Program-made: the position numbers and the translations under genes | Assembly: GCA_951406725.2 (NCBI GenBank) | Contig: OX597828.1 | Span: 48,484,001-48,548,000, forward strand | Source: Octopus vulgaris | Taxonomy: Eukaryota | Reading direction: 5' to 3' | DNA length: 64,000 nt | Shown: in pieces, positions 1-14,822 of the stretch | Layout of the letters: each line of letters begins with the position of its first letter | Numbering within the stretch: the stretch's first letter is position 1 | The notes under the pieces: model-generated | What the model was told of the DNA's origin: nothing | What the model saw: only the letters and a program-made list of their open reading frames with translations | Database searches by the model: none

Positions 1-46
1 TCTATCTATCTATCTATCTGTCCGTCTGTCTGTCTGTCTGTCTGTC

Positions 47-99
<53 letters not shown>

Positions 100-201
100 G
101 TGTCTGTTACTTACACGTGCACTTTCTCCCACTAAATCACACCTCCTTTCTCGCGCTCTCACTACCTCTCTCTCTCATTCTTTCTCTGTATATGTATGTG
201 T

Positions 202-275
<74 letters not shown>

Positions 276-810
276 TCATGTATAGCTCATGTTCTGGGAT
301 TCATATATATACATATATATATATATGTACGTGTGTGTATGTGTGTATGTTTGTGTGTGTATACATACACACGAATTCATACATATATATATATACAGAT
401 GACATAGTTCCAAACGTAAACAGCGTGGATTTAATATCCATGTTGCGTCCATACCAGAAGCACCAATAATCAAATATACAGTGACAAACAGACAGACAGA
501 CAGGGCAAAATCACTTTAATATAGAAAGTTGTTTATAAACAGTCACACAACTTACTAATTCGAAATGAAAGGAACGTTCTGGAGTGTTTACAGTATTCCG
601 TGAGCTTCTTGTGAATTTACTGCAAATAGCCACCCCATGGTGGGATACACTGTAATGAGCGATCATTTGATATCGTTGTCCTGCCTTAACAGATGTCAAT
701 TATAGTCAATATACTTACTGCTAACGACCGTACCGTTGTGTGTGTGTGTGTGTGTATGTGTGTGTGCGCGCGTACTTGTGTGTTTGTATGAGTATATATA
801 TATATAATAT

Positions 811-901
<91 letters not shown>

Positions 902-986
902 ATATACTCACATAGATGTATGCACACATGCGATTGTACATTTACAGCTGCAGTTCTCTCAGTTTTTTCTCTCTCTCGATGTATAT

Positions 987-1043
<57 letters not shown>

Positions 1044-1120
1044 TGAGTATGTGTGTGTTTTTATACATGTATCTTGATACAAAGTTAAGCTTCTATGTAT
1101 GCATGTATGTGCATGTATGC

Positions 1121-1175
<55 letters not shown>

Positions 1176-1222
1176 TAAATGAAAGAATGGAGTCGAACGA
1201 AGATGTTAACAAAATTCCTTTA

Positions 1223-1304
1223 CTCTCGACACATGTTTCAAAGACAGCATATCTTTATTCCGAAGGAATAAAGGGTGCATTATGCAATCTTCTCATCAGG
1301 AAAG
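1223..1304 (-). ncRNA. Type I hammerhead ribozyme motif, intact core
   Basis: Reverse complement: ctttc CTGATGA gaaga..(hairpin ctttattc/gaataaag)..tcttt GAAA catgtG TC gagag. Stem I is ctttc/gagag and the cleavage triplet is GUC. Confidence 0.7.
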
Positions 1305-1544
1305 ATAAGGAGCCTCTCTCAACCACAAGACGAACAATATGCGTACATACAGAGAGAGTAGACGAAAGCAAAATAAGCTTAATATTGACAACACAGAACG
1401 GTGCTCAAATGGATGGGAATTTAAACTCCAACCGCTTCATCCAAGGCCGGTGCGTCTGCATCGAAAATTAGCTGTAATACTAATCCTTATTGAGTAGTTA
1501 TGGAGGTAGAAAGCGAGATAAATACATGTAGGCCTGTAATGTAT

Positions 1545-3065
1545 ATTTACATGGAGCACAAAATACAGTTGCAGAATAAAGAAAAAAAGGAAACAACTGA
1601 TCATAAGAATTATGTAAAGTCTGATCTCGACAGCTGTTTCAAGATAAGTCATTTATTGCGTAATAACCATATTCATACACAATACGTGCAAGATAAGAGT
1701 AATTTAGACGTGTAGCACTTGTTTTTGAAGTACCCTACCACAACTTTATTATCTAACAATTTCTGTAATCTTGTAGCTTCTACTGTCGAGCTTCGAAGTA
1801 CGGATCCTCCCACTGCGAACTGCCTCGGCTTCGGAATAAACACCATCCACGACAACTGTTGTGAACTCGGTCTACCTGTTAGCGACTTCTCTTATGTTGA
1901 TAGTAGTGATGCTCACACCCTTGATGCTCCCTGTACGATGAATGATAGTGTAGGCCATAATAGGATATTTAGGGGTCTCCGGTAATTATTAAGTTTCCCG
2001 AAAACCGGTAATTATTAAGTTTCCCGAAATTATCCTCTGGACGGAAATTACTTGCGCTATAATATTGTGTATAAATGTACTGCCACAACCGCACGTTCCC
2101 ATAAGGTTAGGGTCTTCTACAATGGATCTACGATCAACATCAAACGACGCTACCTTGTACACCTGGGCCCCATCTCTAATAGGGATTCTAAAGTATCTAC
2201 TTCACTCGCCAGCCATACATCACCTCAAGACCCAGGGCAGACCCTATACCTTATCCTAGTTTTCAATTTGTAGTGATGCCTCTTAGATTGCAAACCAAGG
2301 CGTCTATAAATCATGTTGCCGGAAGTCGCTCACTACACTACACCAAAGCGAGACCTTTTTATTTAGTCGATTCTCTGATGTAATCTTCGCTAGTTGTCAT
2401 AAATCCCACGGAACATTCGCCTATTATCTGAAATGATTATAATTTCCCATCGTCTTAGCTAAAATTCTCTTCATCTCACCGAATTTTCTCTTACTAACCC
2501 CCATTCTCTCACCACAACGATTAAATCCCCGTACTACTTTATTCCTCGCTTCTTTTCTTATTAACTGTTCTATGTGGTTTGTGAACTACGACCTTGACTC
2601 ACCCCGCCTCCACTACACCGCCCCTATTTTGAACTGATAACAATATTTCTTCGGACAGTTATGAACTTTATCTTTTCTATGTCTGGTCCCTGCCAAGTAG
2701 TATCTTCATCTCGTGCCTCCTTTTACCCACCCCATCTATTTCACTATTCTACCAGCTTCCTTCAACATCTTTCTCACTACCTCACTCTGTTCTCTTTAAA
2801 CTTATACATTTGTAAACAATTGCTAAGAAATACTCATTTGCTGCCTTCCTCTTGCGAAGGAACGCCGAACTTACTTTAACAATTTCATTGGAACTTGTCG
2901 CAGTATAAACACCTATGACATCATGCATATATTGTGTATGAATATGGTTATTATGTAAGTAATGGCCGTCTTGAAACAGCTGTCGGGATAACGCTTTACA
3001 TAATTCTATTCTTTTCCGTTTTCTTTTTTCTTTTATTCTGTAATTTGTTTTTTATGCTCCATGAC
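1545..3065 (+). mobile_element. Degenerate Penelope-like element: GIY-YIG endonuclease remnant (about 2025-2440) between inverted pLTR-like repeats
   Basis: Frameshifted PLDGNYLRYNIVYKCTATT...FYNGST.NIKRRYLVH...STSLASH.HHLKTQGRPYTL matches the PLE EN pattern CPLDGxCLxxNIVYKAxV...YIGST..FKxRYxxH...STxLSxY. 1545-1695 is the reverse complement of about 2925-3065, and both carry GAAACAGCTGTC. Confidence 0.75.
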
Positions 3066-3342
3066 GTACTTATACGTCTCATACCAATCTGTGTTTATCT
3101 ACCTTACTAACCCTCTCTTCCTCCCATCATCTCACCCCTCCCACCCTCTCACCCCTCCCTCCCTCCCTCCTTCAGTCTGTCTGTCTGTCTGTCTGTTTCT
3201 CTCTCTCTCTGTATGTATGTATAAAATTTTGAATTATTTTTCATGACTTTTAAACTTATTTTCTTTCATATATACAAATATGGATGTGTGTATAAAACGT
3301 GTATATGCATACATACATACATACATACATACATGCATACAT

Positions 3343-3389
<47 letters not shown>

Positions 3390-4041
3390 CGTATACACAC
3401 ACATGTATATACATACATGTATATATATATATAAATATACTTCTATATGGGGGTGTGTATAGACACACATAGAAAAACAACTAAGTGTTTTGTAAAAAAT
3501 ACAATAATCTGTTAAGGAGTGAGAAGGAAGGTCAAAAGCTAACTCAGCGCAGAGTATACGAGGAAACGAACATAAAACGCGAAGAAGAGAGAAACAAAAG
3601 GAAGTAGAGAAGGTGAAAGGAGCGCAGAGGGAATGTAAACCTTCAACGGTTATACAAGTGCATAGATCTAGAAAAAAAAAAGGCCGTGTTAATTGCAAGT
3701 GTTTCCATCAATGGTTACATTCCAATGTTTAAAGAAATGTGATTGAAGTAAAAAAAAAAAGAAGGAGGAGAAATAAAGTAGGTATTGACTGGAAGTCTTT
3801 ATGGATAAACAGTTCCAAAGAAAATATATGAAAATACATAAGTATGTAAGATAAGAGTAATTTAGAATAAGACTTTGTGGCTTTTTTTCAAGAATGCAAA
3901 CGTTTAAAAGTTCATGTGAATACAGAAAACAGACGTATAAGTGCGAGTGACTACACTTTCTTCTTCTTCTTCTTCTTCTTCTTCCCTCTCCCTTCCCTTT
4001 TTTCTCTTTAGCCTCAGATACAAACGCACACACACACACAT

Positions 4042-4072
<31 letters not shown>

Positions 4073-4373
4073 TACACACATGTTCTCTCTCTCTCTTCCT
4101 CCTCATCCACCTCACCCTCTTATACTGTCTTGTTCCTCCACACTACTACGAAACTCTATAAAATGATCAAATTCCCCACAAAGGAATTAATTTGATTTGA
4201 AAACCCCACTGGAATGGGAGAAAGCGCTAATAATCCGAATGATATGATCTGAATGATATGATATATATATGTAAAAAATGTAATATATAAATAAATATCT
4301 ATAAATATGAACCATCCGATCTGATTACCTCATTTCTTCTAATATATAATACCTGTACATCATCTCCAAACCT

Positions 4374-4435
<62 letters not shown>

Positions 4436-5193
4436 AAAGTACAAGCAAAACGCCCCCCGTCCAATGGACGGCGCTGAGGTGTCAAACATTTAAACCAAAT
4501 TTTCTCAAAACAACTTGTCCGACCTTCCCATAGGCCTCCCCTTTGAGAAACACCGATTTAACCTAAATTTGAGACACCAGCAAAAGAAGAAATAAAGATA
4601 GACTTTTTTTCTATTCCAAAGAAAAACGATTTTATTCACACAAATATGCAACTGAAGAGTTTAAAGTACCAGAAATTATAAGGCTGTTGACTGGGAGAAC
4701 ACAAACATGGTTTAAACAGTAAGCTTAGCAGGAAAGAAACGTGCCTTTAAGAAGTACAAAGCTACAAAAAATGGAACGTGCAGGTTGACGGAAGAAAAGC
4801 AGGAAAAAAATGATGCATGCAAATGGGTTAGCTGGAGGTAAATCTAGATGGAAAAGCATGAGGAATTTATGAGAACGTATCTGGGACAATAATAAGTTTA
4901 TCCGATAAAACATGTAGGAAATCAACTTGGGGCGATTTCTGATGAAAAGCAACAACCTAGGGAACTAAGTAACTAATTTTAAGCTAACTTAAAGGGCATG
5001 GAAAAGCTAGTGGGGCGCAGCCTTAAGCATGCCTTGATTTCAATAAAATTTTTGGTTTTGTTAAACGAATTTAAGGCAAGAAAAAAAACTTCTTGAGAAG
5101 CCAAATAGTGTTTCCTTCCATCATGCCAAGTTTGAAGAAAATATCTCTTTTGCATCTTACTTTTTTGGACTAGCAAAAAGATATTACTGAATA

Positions 5194-5252
5194 ATTCAAG
5201 ATCCTGGATTTCCAGCTTTGCTTTAAATAAGCTTTGCCGTCATCAGTTGAAT
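5194..5252 (-). ncRNA. Type I hammerhead ribozyme motif, intact core
   Basis: Reverse complement: attcaa CTGATGA cggc aaa gctt attta aagc aaa gctg GAAA tccagga TC ttgaat. It has a 6-bp stem I, stem II CGGC/GCUG, a quasi-palindromic stem III and an AUC triplet. Confidence 0.8.
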
Positions 5253-5680
5253 ATATCTGAGCACATAAATACAAATACATATATGCAGAACAAACGTTAT
5301 ACTTACATATACGAACGTCAATACATACATATATATGCACGTATGTACAAGGCTTGTTTAAATTGCCCGCCAAACACCTCATAAGCACAATATGGTCAAA
5401 ATAAACACCGCAGTGAATATAGTGACGAATTATATAAATTTATAAATATGGATAATATCGATATTAAAATATCGATATTATCAAGTGGTCAGCATGGGAA
5501 AAAATACCATACAAAGGTAATAATTTTTTACAACTAAATATAAGGGTGTCTGAGAGACACCACCATGCCGAAATAGCAGTCAAATCCCTGACTCTAAAAA
5601 CCACATTAAATGTTCATATATATGTAAGTATAACGTTTGTTCTGCATATATGTATTTGTATTTATGTGCCTATATGATAT

Positions 5681-5739
5681 ATTCAACTGATGACGGCAAA
5701 GCTTATTTAAAGCAAAGCTAGAAATCCAGGATCTTGAAT
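5681..5739 (+). ncRNA. Type I hammerhead ribozyme motif (inverted copy of 5194-5252)
   Basis: attcaa CTGATGA cggc...gcta GAAA tccagga TC ttgaat. Identical except for a C-A mismatch closing stem II. Confidence 0.75.
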
Positions 5740-5974
5740 TATTCAGTAATATCTTTTTTCTAGTCTATTTTGTCCCTCTGCCTTATCTCATGGTGCGATA
5801 TGAACATTCCTCACAGAAACTCGCCTCATGTAGTAGTCTTCATTTTCTAATCATGGCAAGACAAACAAAGCTGAGCACATCTAATCATTGCGCATGCGTA
5901 AAATCATGCATAAAAAGGAAAAAAACAAAACAAAAACCATATGCATCAATGTTTTATATATATACATTTTATTG

Positions 5975-6320
5975 ACACTTTTTATACACACCATATTTAT
6001 GAACAGTTTATACACACTGTATCAACAGTTTATACAAATTGTAGTTATTGATAGTTTATATACACTGTATTTATCGACTGTTTATACACACCTTATTTAT
6101 TAAAAATATATACATATTATAGTTATTAACAGTTTACACACTCCTTGCATATCAACAACTTATACACACTGTATTCATCGACAGTTCTTTTGTTTTTGGT
6201 TTGCTTTTGTTTAGCATATTATATATTAACAGCGGTATATACACACTGCAGTTATCGACAATTATATACACTGACATATATTAATAGTTTATACATACTG
6301 TTATTTTACTAACAGTGTGT
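5975..6320. repeat. Degenerate minisatellite (acagtttatacacactgtatt, about 25-30-bp unit)
   Basis: More than 10 imperfect tandem copies. Confidence 0.7.
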
Positions 6321-6611
6321 AACGGTCAGATTTTTTTCGATTCAAGTTCTTTAAAAAATATATTACAGGTATACCAGATACGAAATTTTACGTTTTTGTA
6401 ATAAGTTTTTTCTTTTATACGCCAAAATTATAGAATAAAACAGATTTCTGCAGCCAATAATTCAGACCAATATTGAATTGTTCTTTAGATGTTGCACTGC
6501 TGAGTCTTCGAATTCCTTGGCAGAGCAACTCGGGCTCAATAACAACAACAACAAACGGAAATTCTTGTAAAAAATTTTCTCGTTTTTTTTTTAAATTGAT
6601 ATATTTTACTA

Positions 6612-6688
<77 letters not shown>

Positions 6689-6692
<4 letters not shown>

Positions 6693-7088
6693 TAGTTTTA
6701 TTTTTATAGCGTGCTTTCACTTCACTACCGAGCACAGCTCTGTGTGCCTTGGGTATGTGCTGTGATTTGTTGTGATGCTCTGATGGTTATTGCATGGAAA
6801 GTGTTCTGCGTAGGATGTGTGCAGTGCCTAGTAGTGCAATTTTCTGTATGTTATATGTGTTTGTAAGTCCTGGTGTTTTTGTTATGTATTTGTCTGAATA
6901 TTTTTTTATCATGCCTAATGCACCTACTATGATAGGAATTGTTTTCAGATTCCACATTCTAGTTACCTCTATTTCCAGGTCTTTGTATTTTGAGAGTTTC
7001 TCCATTTCTTTTAGAGACACGTTGTCATCAGCCGGTATTGATACATCAATTAGAAAGCATTTTTTTCCTTCATGATCTCTGACAACTA
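6689..7088 (-). mobile_element. 5'-truncated RLE-type non-LTR retrotransposon (R4/Dong-like) 3' end within an (AAT)n array
   Basis: IVVRDHEGKKCFLIDVSIPADDNVSLKEMEKLSKYKDL...IPIIVGALG...IQKIALLGTAHILRRTL* is a restriction-like endonuclease C-terminus. A short 3' UTR follows, with (AAT)n on both sides. Confidence 0.85.
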
Positions 7089-7130
<42 letters not shown>

Positions 7131-7700
7131 CATTATCATCATCATTATTATTATCATCATCATTATTAATCAAGCTAGTAGAATCGTTAGCACGCCGAGA
7201 AAAAAAATGTTTAGCAGCATTTCGTGGGTCTTTACGTTCTGAGTTCAAATCCTGCCAAGGTCAACTTTGCCTTTCATCCTTTTGAGGTCGATGAAATAAG
7301 TAGAAACACTAGGGTCGATGTAATTGACTTCCCCATCCCTAAAATTTCAGGCCTTTTTCTTTAGTAGAAAGGATTATTATTATTATTATTATTATTATTA
7401 TAGTGATGAGCGCTTGACCAAAAAAGGAAGGGGGTCTATTCAGCTGTTTCGCTCTTGGAATAAATAAATTGTTTCTAATTTAGACATGAAGCTAGTAATT
7501 TTGAGGGAAGGGGTTGATTGCAGTATCCTGAATCTTAGTACTTGACTGATATTTTATTTTACTGAACCCCAGAGAATGAAAAAGATTAGCTTTACTTCCT
7601 GTATCTGTTCCTTGGGTCCTGGTAACTTCCCAGCAGGTCCATGCCTCAAATCGACACTTTTGATTCCTCCTCAGTCATAAATTTATTTGGTAAATATATA

Positions 7701-7854
7701 GGCGTGGGAGTGGTTGTGTGGTTAAGTAGCTTGCTTTCCAGCCACATGGTTCCGGGTTCAGTCCCACTGCGTGGCACCTTGGGCACTATAGCCTCGGGCG
7801 ACCAAAGTCTTGTGAGTGGATTTGGTAGACGGAAACTGAAAGAAGCCCGTCGTA

Positions 7855-7898
<44 letters not shown>

Positions 7899-8067
7899 TG
7901 TGTGTCTGTGTTTGTCCCTCCAACATCGCTTGACAACCGATGCTGGTGTGTTTACGTCCCCGTAACTTAGCGGTTCGGCAAAAGAGACCGGTAGAATATG
8001 CACTAGAATATGAACAAGCCCTGGGGTCGATTTGCTCGACTAAAGGCGGTGCTCCAGCATGGCCACA
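7701..8067 (+). mobile_element. tRNA-derived SINE family A (internal microsatellite)
   Basis: A/B-box-like head gtggttgtgtggttaag...gggttcagtccc. The body is shared with more than 15 copies in the window. Confidence 0.85.
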
Positions 8068-8073
8068 CTCATG

Positions 8074-8129
<56 letters not shown>

Positions 8130-8132
8130 TAT

Positions 8133-8212
<80 letters not shown>

Positions 8213-8635
8213 CGCTGCTGTTAGTGTCTGTTTTCATTTTATTTATTCATCTCTGTCAGAATTTCATTAAGTCTTTGCAAGTGCGAGGTGCCAATTTTAT
8301 GAAACCTACCAAAATTTTTTTTCCCGCTTCAATTAGATTCGATCCGTTTTACGGTTTTGTTTTATGAAAAAAATATTGTTATTATTATTTTTTACTTTTT
8401 ACATTCAAACAGAACTTGTTTAATGTGTTTCTGTGTGTCTTTTGTAAGTAAATAAAAAGAAGAGGGGGGGCCCATGATTTTACTCGCCCTCCCACATAGG
8501 TGAAATTATGTGAGCGTATGTATGTGCGCGCGCACGTGTGTGTGTATGAGAATGTATATTTCTGATTGCGTACGTTTAGAAGTGTATACAGTTATAAGTG
8601 TGTATTAGTGTATGTATGTAGATTTTAAATTTTGA

Positions 8636-8677
<42 letters not shown>

Positions 8678-8891
8678 CGTCTCTGCTACAGGCACAAGGC
8701 CTGAAATTTGGGGGCAGAGAACTAGTCGATTATATCGACCCCAGTTCTCAACTGCTACATATTTTATCGACCCCGGAAGGTTGAAAGGTAAAGTCGATCT
8801 CAGTGGCATTTGAACTCGGAACGTAAAGACAGACGAAAAGTCGCTAAGCATTTTGTCCGGCATGCTAACGATTCTTCCCGCTCTCCGACTT

Positions 8892-9590
<699 letters not shown>

Positions 9591-9678
9591 ATGCAACTAA
9601 AAATCTGAAAAAGTAAAAGGAAACGGAAAAATATTGAATCGAAAACTTTCGGTGGTTTATATGTTATACATACTGTTG

Positions 9679-9772
<94 letters not shown>

Positions 9773-10937
9773 TATGGCCTCAGCTTAGCAAGTCACGCTT
9801 GACCTCGCTCCGTAAATTTTGTAAAAACAAAACCACTCGTAAGTATTATGTCCAGTTTAGAATTCGTACCACCGCAGAGAGCAAGGTTTCTTTCCGTGTG
9901 TTTTCCCCTAGTTATAGGGGACATCTCGATTTGATCTTGCTTGTATTATCATCATCATCATCATCATCATTATTATCATTATTCTGCCGAGGTCGACTCT
10001 TCATTTAATCCTTTCGGGGGTCGATAAAATAAGTAGCAGTCGATGTAATCGACTCAACCCTCACTGAAAATTGCTGTTGTTGCTGCTGTTGTTATTGTCG
10101 TTGCTATTGTTATTGTTGTTGTTGTTGTTGTTATTGTTGTTTGACAAGTCTTAGATTATTTAGATACACTGATTATTTTTGTTAATTTTTTTTTTCAAGT
10201 TCAACTGAAAAAAACCCAGCCTCGTTATATTATTCTTTAAAATATTCCCACGCCAACCCTCGAGTTTACACCTCTTACCATTCTTCATTTCTTGTTTCAG
10301 CATTTTCCCCTTTCCATTTTCTTCCCCCCCCCCCATCATCCCTTCGTTCTCCCCTTCTTTCTGACTCCCTCCCATCCTACACACACAAAAACATACATAT
10401 AAATGTATGACTGCTTCGAAACCTCCAAGTTTTATACCCAGATTATAAATTCACATTTATACCAACAATAATTGGTGCACTTTGGTTTGTGAGCAAATAC
10501 CTAAGTGACAATCTGGACAAGCTAGGGGTTTCAAAAAAACAAAACAAAAAAAAAACCAATCAACTAACTCGCACATTATAAATATAATCTGTAAGCGGAA
10601 CAATAAAAATATGCAAGACTTTTCTCAAGTTCAAAATGCGAATTTCTTTTTGTGAGCTACATTCAAACAATGAAGCTTTGTAATCTTTGCAAGAAACCAG
10701 ATCCTTTCAAAGAGTAAAAAAACAAAAAAAAAAACGTACATATACGCATACATTACACACACACGCACATACATACATTCAGCACAAATACACGCAGATA
10801 CGAAACTTACAAGCCTTGATCTGCCAAAATAGCTGCCAACTCAGTCTAGCAGGCAAAGTACTCTTGGATATTAAGACAAAACTGAAGATTGTTCTTAGGT
10901 ATAGCTATTATTATCAGAATTTATATATATATGTGTT

Positions 10938-10975
<38 letters not shown>

Positions 10976-11025
10976 TGTGTGTATGAGAGTGTGTGATCAC
11001 ATGTACATATATGTATGTATGTATG

Positions 11026-11079
<54 letters not shown>

Positions 11080-11174
11080 TAGTAAAAGAGACAGAAGTCA
11101 TGCTTTTTCGTTCAGAGTCGAACACGCTTCTAATCTGTGACTGGGCCGACAGCGGCAAATTGTGTGTGCATATA

Positions 11175-11210
<36 letters not shown>

Positions 11211-11229
11211 TATATACATACATACATAC

Positions 11230-11312
<83 letters not shown>

Positions 11313-11327
11313 TATATACATATATAC

Positions 11328-11396
<69 letters not shown>

Positions 11397-11563
11397 TAGA
11401 GAGGGGGAGATGAGCAGTTAAAAAAATCTCCATGATTGTTAAATGGCCGTTGTTTTTAAATAAAACAAGAGCATTTCTCCTTGGTACGAAAATGACGTAA
11501 GGCCATTCAACAGGCATGGAGTTGTTTTTTTTAACTGCTCTTCTACATCTCTCTTTCTCTCTT

Positions 11564-11628
<65 letters not shown>

Positions 11629-11775
11629 GTATATATATATTTATATATATATGTATATATATATACATATACATATATATATACATATATATATATACAC
11701 ACGTATATATATACATATATATATATACATATATATATGTATATATATATATATATATACATATATATGTATATA

Positions 11776-11835
<60 letters not shown>

Positions 11836-11859
11836 AATATATGTATATATATATTTATA

Positions 11860-11906
<47 letters not shown>

Positions 11907-11909
11907 GTG

Positions 11910-11982
<73 letters not shown>

Positions 11983-11983
11983 G

Positions 11984-12015
<32 letters not shown>

Positions 12016-12331
12016 TATATTCACAAAAAAAAATGAAACATACATAGTTGGCTATACATACCTTTAACTCATTTTATTTAGTATTGATTGGAATTTAAGA
12101 AATATAGTCTGAAGTCAGTAAAAGTTCTTCGTTATCTCCACGTGCATGCGCACGCAGACGCACGCGCGCACGCAGACGCACGCACACACATACACATAGA
12201 GACATAGAAACACACACACATCTGCTTTATATACTTGCACACAGTAAACCACATGAATACCCACAGCATAAACATACATTTTACGGCTACATGTGTGTTG
12301 TAATCGTATTGAAATTGTGTGTGCGTGTGTA

Positions 12332-12381
<50 letters not shown>

Positions 12382-12914
12382 TGTGTGTGTGCACATGGAT
12401 AAACATAATATTTATTATTCCAGAAAATGTCGGAGGATAGATGCCTCAGAATTTAAAGCCAAAAACCACCCACCCTATAAGTATGTATATATGTATGCAT
12501 ATATGTACATGTGTGTGTGTGTGTGTGCGCATGTGTGTATACGTATATATGTGTTCGCGTGTTTATACGTACATATATATGTGTGTATGTGTTTGTATAT
12601 ATATATATATTTATATATACACACATACAAATACATACACATATACAGACATGCATATAAACCATCGAACGTACGTATCATAGTCCACGCAGAAACACTT
12701 CTGTTTTACACACAAGTACCGAGAATACCCGTTTTCTAATACATTTCCCACCCTATTTAATAACACCACCCCCTTCGTTTCTCCCCCTTCTCTCCCTATA
12801 CGCAATTCTCATCCGTTTTTCTCCACTTACCCACTTTTCCTTTCCCACCCCATTTTTTTTTCTCCCTTCAAGAACTTTGTTTCAACTAGTCTTCATTACA
12901 TCATATTATTATCA

Positions 12915-12979
<65 letters not shown>

Positions 12980-13254
12980 CGTTATTATTCGTGCGGGTCA
13001 ACTTGGTATCTCTCCTGTCTGCTGTTTCTAGCAGTTCAACGAACTCACAGCGTCCATTATGTTCGTTTTCATTGACATACCAAAGAAACCATAAATAGAA
13101 TTAATTTCAACGAATTTTCTTTGATCTGAAGAGCATTCTTGGGGGAGAAAATGGTAACGATTTATTCACTGGAAATATTCTGAAATGTTAACATTTCATT
13201 GGTAGTTTTTATAATAGCTTCTTTGTTATTTAAAAAAAAAATTGTTTTTATGTT

Positions 13255-13315
<61 letters not shown>

Positions 13316-13440
13316 ATAGAGGGCATTATTACACATAAATGCCACACGCTAAGAGGGACATAAGTCATTATTACCAAAATTTAACTAATCATACCGAATG
13401 CAGCTCTCAAAGCAAGACATTTAAAAAACTGAATTTAGTT

Positions 13441-13498
13441 CTATATCACCTGTGATTTCGCAATTAACGTATTAAATACGTCTTTTGTTCATCAGTAG
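13441..13498 (-). ncRNA. Type I hammerhead ribozyme motif
   Basis: Reverse complement: cta CTGATGA acaa aag acgtatt t aatacgt taa ttgc GAAA tcac ag gtga TA tag. Core intact, stem III AUCAC/GUGAU, short stem I, A-C at the base of stem II. Confidence 0.65.
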
Positions 13499-13665
13499 GT
13501 TCTGAACACATCATAAATAAACATAACCAACATACCTAGCGAAGCCAAACAGACATCTGCTCCCCTCGGCGAAGCACATGGAAATGTTTATTCATCATAT
13601 ATTCGGTAAATGGCGGGCTTTTTCGAAACGCTTGTCGGTAGGAAAAGTTTTTCTTCGGAAGGATT

Positions 13666-14546
13666 TCTGATCAATAAGTATCCGGACTGTTGCCATAGTA
13701 ACGAATCTAAGGGACCCAGAGTAAAAGCACTTGGCATAGATTGACCTAGAACTCTGCTGTAAATGCGCACTAAGTTTTAACGTTCTAGCTTACTGCCATT
13801 GTTTACAGCAGTGCTTGGAAGGAAGCTGTGTAGCGTGTGATCGTCGCATTGACCATGACAAAGAAAGTTGTCATGGCGATACCTGCTCAGAGGCTGAGTA
13901 GTAGAAAGTGTATGGAGAGGAGTGTATGAGTCGCACACAATTGTACGAGGGGTTAAGAAGTTTTCAACATGGCCGAAACATGTTGATATTGACGAATGCT
14001 CTGGGAGACCCGCAACGAGCAGAACTGAGAAAAACATCGCAGATGTACGTACAGCTGCGAGGGGAAATCGTCGAATCACCATTCGTGAGTTATCAGGGGA
14101 TGTCCAGATTAGTTACGGTTCAGTTCAGTCCATTATCACTGAAGATTTGGGTATGAGACGCATGTCTGTCAAGTTTGTGCCAAACCGCTTTCAGCTGACC
14201 AAAAAGACACTCGGAATTCAGTTTCACAAGATTACCTTGTAGGTGTCGAGAACGATGAAAACCTTTTGAAAACTTTGCGTAGGCCTCTTGGCAGGTATCG
14301 CCAAGCCTTTGGCAAAATTTGATGCAGATTCTTTCTTTGCTCAACTTCCTCTGTTATGGCTAATGCGGCGATCACACGCTACACACCTTCTTTCGAAGCA
14401 CAGCAGTAAGCAGCGAAATAGATCTAGAATTTTAAAAAATCTGTGCGCATGCACAACAGGGTTCAAGGTCAATCTGTTTCAAGCGGCTTCCCTCGCGTGC
14501 CTTGGAGTTACTATGGTAACAATCCGGGTACTTATTTATCTGACCT
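13666..14546. mobile_element. Non-autonomous mariner derivative with internal inversion
   Basis: TIR ctgatcaataagtatccgga..gttgccatagtaac and its inverse. The + strand gives VYGEECMSRTQLYE...DECSGRPATSRTEKNIADVR..NRRITIRELSGDVQISYGSVQSIITEDLGMRRMSVKFVP, and the - strand gives ERICIKFCQRLGDTCQEAY. Confidence 0.85.
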
Positions 14547-14772
14547 AAAGAATATACAGTCTTCGAAACATATGTCGAGAATAAAGGAATTTTGTTAAAT
14601 CGTCGTTCGACTCCATTCTTTCATTTATTTATAGTAAAAAAACACAAATTTCCACACGGAAGCATGTGATTTCTGCCCTTGGCATCTAGCTTCAACCGTG
14701 CTTTCTGACGTGAATTTGCTACCCGGGTATCGGTTAACCGAATTATCCATACTAGGATAATTCATTCAACTA

Positions 14773-14822
<50 letters not shown>

